NCBI GenBank assembly: GCA_028286665.1
Contig: JAQBRD010000003.1
Span: 1 to 55,597, forward strand
Origin: Candidatus Tayloriibacteriota bacterium
GTDB lineage: Bacteria > Patescibacteriota > Minisyncoccia > Phycocordibacterales > PALSA-1337
Length of the DNA stretch: 55,597 nt
Reading direction: 5' to 3'
In this document: positions 55,195 through 55,597 of the stretch, one piece after another
Position numbering within the stretch: position 1 is the stretch's first letter
How the letters are laid out: every line of letters starts with the position of its first letter
The notes under the pieces: model-generated
Database searches by the model: none
What the model was told of the DNA's origin: nothing
The model's input: the letters and a program-made list of their open reading frames with translations, nothing else
Position numbers and translations under genes: made by a program

Positions 55195-55215
55195 AATAAT
55201 ATGCATGAAAGAATA

Positions 55216-55500
55216 TCAGAGAATTTTCTTCACTGCGACGAAATCGCCGATGCGGTCAGGGGCCTCATCGAGGATCTGCTCGCGGTCTTCAGGCGAAATC
55301 TTCCGAGGCTCGTCGGAACGGCTCACGTTCTTCACTGCGCCGATCGATGCGTCCTTCGAGATCGATACGTCGGCCTTCTTGATCTGATCGACATACGCGA
55401 GGATCGAGCCGATCTCCTTCATGAGGGCCAGCTTTTCATCAGGCATGAGCTTGATGCGCGAGAGTTCTGCGAGGTTTTCGATATCCCGTTCGGTGATCAT
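55216..55500 (-). CDS. gatC: Asp/Glu-tRNA amidotransferase subunit C
   Basis: IENLAELSRI...ILAYVDQI...NVSRSD...F.AVKKIL; directly upstream of gatA. Confidence 0.93.
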   Translation of the reverse strand: MITERDIENLAELSRIKLMPDEKLALMKEIGSILAYVDQIKKADVSISKDASIGAVKNVSRSDEPRKISPEDREQILDEAPDRIGDFVAVKKIL

Positions 55501-55597
55501 TGTGCCGAAATTCTAGCATATATGGCACTGTTATTGAAGCCGTGAAGCTTCAAATAGAAGGTATTGTTGTCAAAATGAATAAAATATGTTATGGTTC

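Overview
This window looks like a Patescibacteria (CPR, Parcubacteria-like) chromosome segment. That is an inference from gene content, mostly leaderless genes with extended -10 promoters, and tRNAs without encoded CCA. It uses genetic code 11, since prfB is present and TGA acts as stop. Housekeeping genes include secG, rnj, eno, a short non-discriminating-type aspS, gpmI, purC, ftsEX, pyrH, prfB and gatCA, plus six tRNAs. Accessory DNA includes an AT-richer island downstream of tRNA-Ser (~8.5-12.8 kb) and a run of self-contained promoter-ORF-terminator orphan units between eno and aspS (~25.1-28.3 kb). The most striking locus is 32.55-37.5 kb. It holds an OmpR-family response regulator, a 33-aa ComX-like peptide ending in ...FAPWNG, a membrane-embedded histidine kinase, and a fused class II terpene-cyclase / class I prenyltransferase (ComQ-like) protein. 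Divergent from these genes is a ~590-nt, densely base-paired RNA with its own promoter and terminator and no substantial ORF. Together this resembles a ComQXPA-type prenyl-peptide quorum-sensing module with an agr/RNAIII-like divergent RNA. All family calls come from motif recognition by eye; no database searches were run.
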